Made by a program: the position numbers and the translations under genes. The notes beneath the pieces were generated by a model that saw only the letters and a program-made list of their open reading frames with translations, searched no databases and had not been told where the DNA came from. Below are positions 17,379 to 20,000 of a DNA stretch of 20,000 nt, one piece after another (the stretch's first letter is position 1; each line of letters begins with the position of its first letter). Where the stretch lies: the sequence record SRR31156797_4840; one strand, given 5' to 3'.

Positions 17379-17400
17379 AAGAAAACGATTCTTTTCTTCA

Positions 17401-17427
17401 AAAAAAAGACCGGCGAACCGATCTTTT
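17401..17427 (-). terminator. Rho-independent terminator of the DUF975-like gene
   Basis: Minus strand AGATCGG-TTCG-CCGGTCT followed by a T run, immediately after the stop codon. Confidence 0.85.
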
Positions 17428-18136
17428 AAGCAAGTGCTCGTTTAGGCAGATTGTCATAGAATGCTGCTTTGGTTGCACTGATGTATGGCGTCAACCATAA
17501 GTAGCCAATTCCTGCTGTCATGATGGCCAAAATGTGCCAGCCGATGAAGCTCAGATCAAGGATGAACAGTTGACCTTTGTAGCCTTTCATTAAATGACGG
17601 CTACCTGTGATGCAGCTGAGAAAATCTGGCCGCATGCCCGTTTCTTCATAGGTATCATAAAAGACAAAATATGCTTGAGAATAAGAATAAGCTTTAATGA
17701 TCCCAGGAATGATAAACAGGAACGTCCACAACGTCGTGAAAATAGTCGACAGAATATAGATGACGATGATCCCTAACACGAAAGCGCCACTGAAGCCGCG
17801 AAAGACATCAGAAAAAGGCTGGATCGATTGCTTCTTACCGCGTAAAATGTCAAGGAAAGTCCAAGAGATCCCAGCACCGAATAAGGCAGAAAATAGACCG
17901 CTGATCAAACCGCCACCACTGCCGCTGCCACTTCCTCCTGCGGAATTGACTGCGTCAGTGGAACCAAGATCATTAAACATACCGCTTTGATACAATGGAA
18001 TAACAGCAAGAACGATAATGACGAGTGCGATAGCGATCGAGATCAAAGTCGGTACAATACACATCAAAACACTGTCTTTCCAGCGGCCTCTCAGGATTGC
18101 TTTTGCTTCTGCTTTTAGTTCTCTATTTGATTTCAT
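17426..18136 (-). CDS. DUF975-like integral membrane protein, 236 aa
   Basis: ATG 18136 after SD GGGAGG; ELKAEAKAILRGRW, LWTFLFIIPGIIKAYSYSQA, S..LMKGYKGQLFILDLSFIGW and GYLWLTPY..AAFY motifs. Confidence 0.85.
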   Translation of the reverse strand: MKSNRELKAEAKAILRGRWKDSVLMCIVPTLISIAIALVIIVLAVIPLYQSGMFNDLGSTDAVNSAGGSGSGSGGGLISGLFSALFGAGISWTFLDILRGKKQSIQPFSDVFRGFSGAFVLGIIVIYILSTIFTTLWTFLFIIPGIIKAYSYSQAYFVFYDTYEETGMRPDFLSCITGSRHLMKGYKGQLFILDLSFIGWHILAIMTAGIGYLWLTPYISATKAAFYDNLPKRALA

Positions 18137-18166
18137 TTCAAAAAACCTCCCTTCAATATAAATAAC

Positions 18167-18195
18167 ATGATAGCAAACTTTCGCTAAATCTTCAA
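18167..18195 (-). promoter_or_regulatory. Candidate promoter of the DUF975-like gene
   Basis: Minus strand TTGAAG-17 bp-TATCAT with a TG extension. Confidence 0.6.
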
Positions 18196-18256
18196 AAAAA
18201 AGTAATAGATGTTTCGCATAACTAGGAGAAAATACTCTTAGTTTCTTTAAACTTCC

Positions 18257-18285
18257 TTGCAAAATGTAAGGGCAACCCTTATCAT
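18257..18285 (+). promoter_or_regulatory. Candidate promoter of tgt-yajC
   Basis: TTGCAA (18257-18262)-17 bp-TATCAT (18280-18285). Confidence 0.65.
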
Positions 18286-18334
18286 AGATAGCGTTGCACA
18301 GTTAATTGAGTTTAGAGAGAAAGTAGGGAAATGA

Positions 18335-19480
<1,146 letters not shown>

Positions 19481-19563
19481 CATTCTCTACTAAAATGGTG
19501 GGAATAATAGAGGAATTCTGATAAAGTATCTTATAGGAAAGAAAATAAATCGAGGTGAAAAAA

Positions 19564-19905
19564 ATGGCACAATCTTTACCAATGCTCTTTATGCTGGTTG
19601 CTTTAGTGGCAATGTGGTTCTTTATGAGTCGTTCACAAAAGAAACAACAGCAAGAGCGTAAAAATCTTTTAGAAAATATGAAAGCTGGCGATGAAGTCGT
19701 AACCATCGGCGGACTCCACGGCGTTCTTTCTGAAGTCAACACAGAAAAAAGCACCGTGATCATCGACTGTGAAGGAATTTTCTTAGAGTTTGATCGTTCA
19801 GCGATCCGCACAGTGAAACCTGGAACTGTTGCATCCGTTGAAACACAAATCGAACCAGCTGATGTCGAAGACGCAACGAGCATCCAAGACGAAACCAAAG
19901 AATAA
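19564..19905 (+). CDS. yajC: Preprotein translocase subunit YajC
   Basis: N-terminal TM helix, RSQKKQQQ and GDEVVTIGGLHG motifs; follows tgt. ATG 19564 is 6 nt after SD GAGGTG. Confidence 0.95.
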   Translation: MAQSLPMLFMLVALVAMWFFMSRSQKKQQQERKNLLENMKAGDEVVTIGGLHGVLSEVNTEKSTVIIDCEGIFLEFDRSAIRTVKPGTVASVETQIEPADVEDATSIQDETKE

Positions 19906-19909
19906 GCAC

Positions 19910-19950
19910 AAACGCACCGTCGCTTTCTCAGAAGCGATGGTGCGTTTTTT
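19910..19950 (+). terminator. Rho-independent terminator of tgt-yajC
   Basis: AAACGCACCGTCGCTT-TCTCAG-AAGCGATGGTGCGTTT followed by a T run. Confidence 0.88.
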
Positions 19951-19970
19951 AGTAGTCGGACAGTTTCTAA

Positions 19971-20000
19971 AGTAAATATCCACCCGTGAAACGGGTGGCT
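19971..20000. mobile_element. Possible IS200/IS605-family terminal hairpin (truncated by the window edge)
   Basis: Perfect CCACCCGT-GAA-ACGGGTGG hairpin at 19980-19998, just after a complete terminator; resembles Firmicute IS200-type subterminal palindromes. No transposase is visible. Confidence 0.4.

Noticed and set aside
17905-17945. GC-rich short repeats (CCGCCACCACTGCCGCTGCCA)
   Set aside because: They simply encode the Gly/Ser linker GGSGSGSGGG of the DUF975-like protein.
18137-18262. 42-aa N-terminal extension of the DUF975-like ORF
   Set aside because: It runs through the predicted promoter; SD GGGAGG supports ATG 18136.

Overview
Low-GC Firmicute chromosomal window; proteins and gene order suggest Enterococcus, probably the casseliflavus/gallinarum group (inference). 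The left half is an accessory glycan-foraging region: a YesM/YesN-type two-component system, a carbohydrate ABC transporter (binding lipoprotein plus two permeases, no ATPase), a YesL/DUF624 protein, a GH127 beta-L-arabinofuranosidase and a lipid-anchored multidomain GH85 endo-beta-N-acetylglucosaminidase. Between the two hydrolases is a ~700-bp YefM/Axe-YoeB/Txe toxin-antitoxin cassette, bracketed by two near-identical terminator hairpins, whose toxin carries two +1 frameshifts. The right half is housekeeping: opuCA-CB-CC-CD (minus strand), queA, a DUF975-like membrane gene (minus strand), tgt and yajC, then a hairpin at the window edge resembling an IS200/IS605 end. The most interesting unannotated signal is a predicted ~365-nt structured minus-strand RNA (about 17343 to 16978) between queA and the DUF975 gene. 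It has its own near-consensus extended -10 promoter overlapped by a cre-like box, 5'/3' long-range pairing, repeated internal motifs and a long terminal hairpin.
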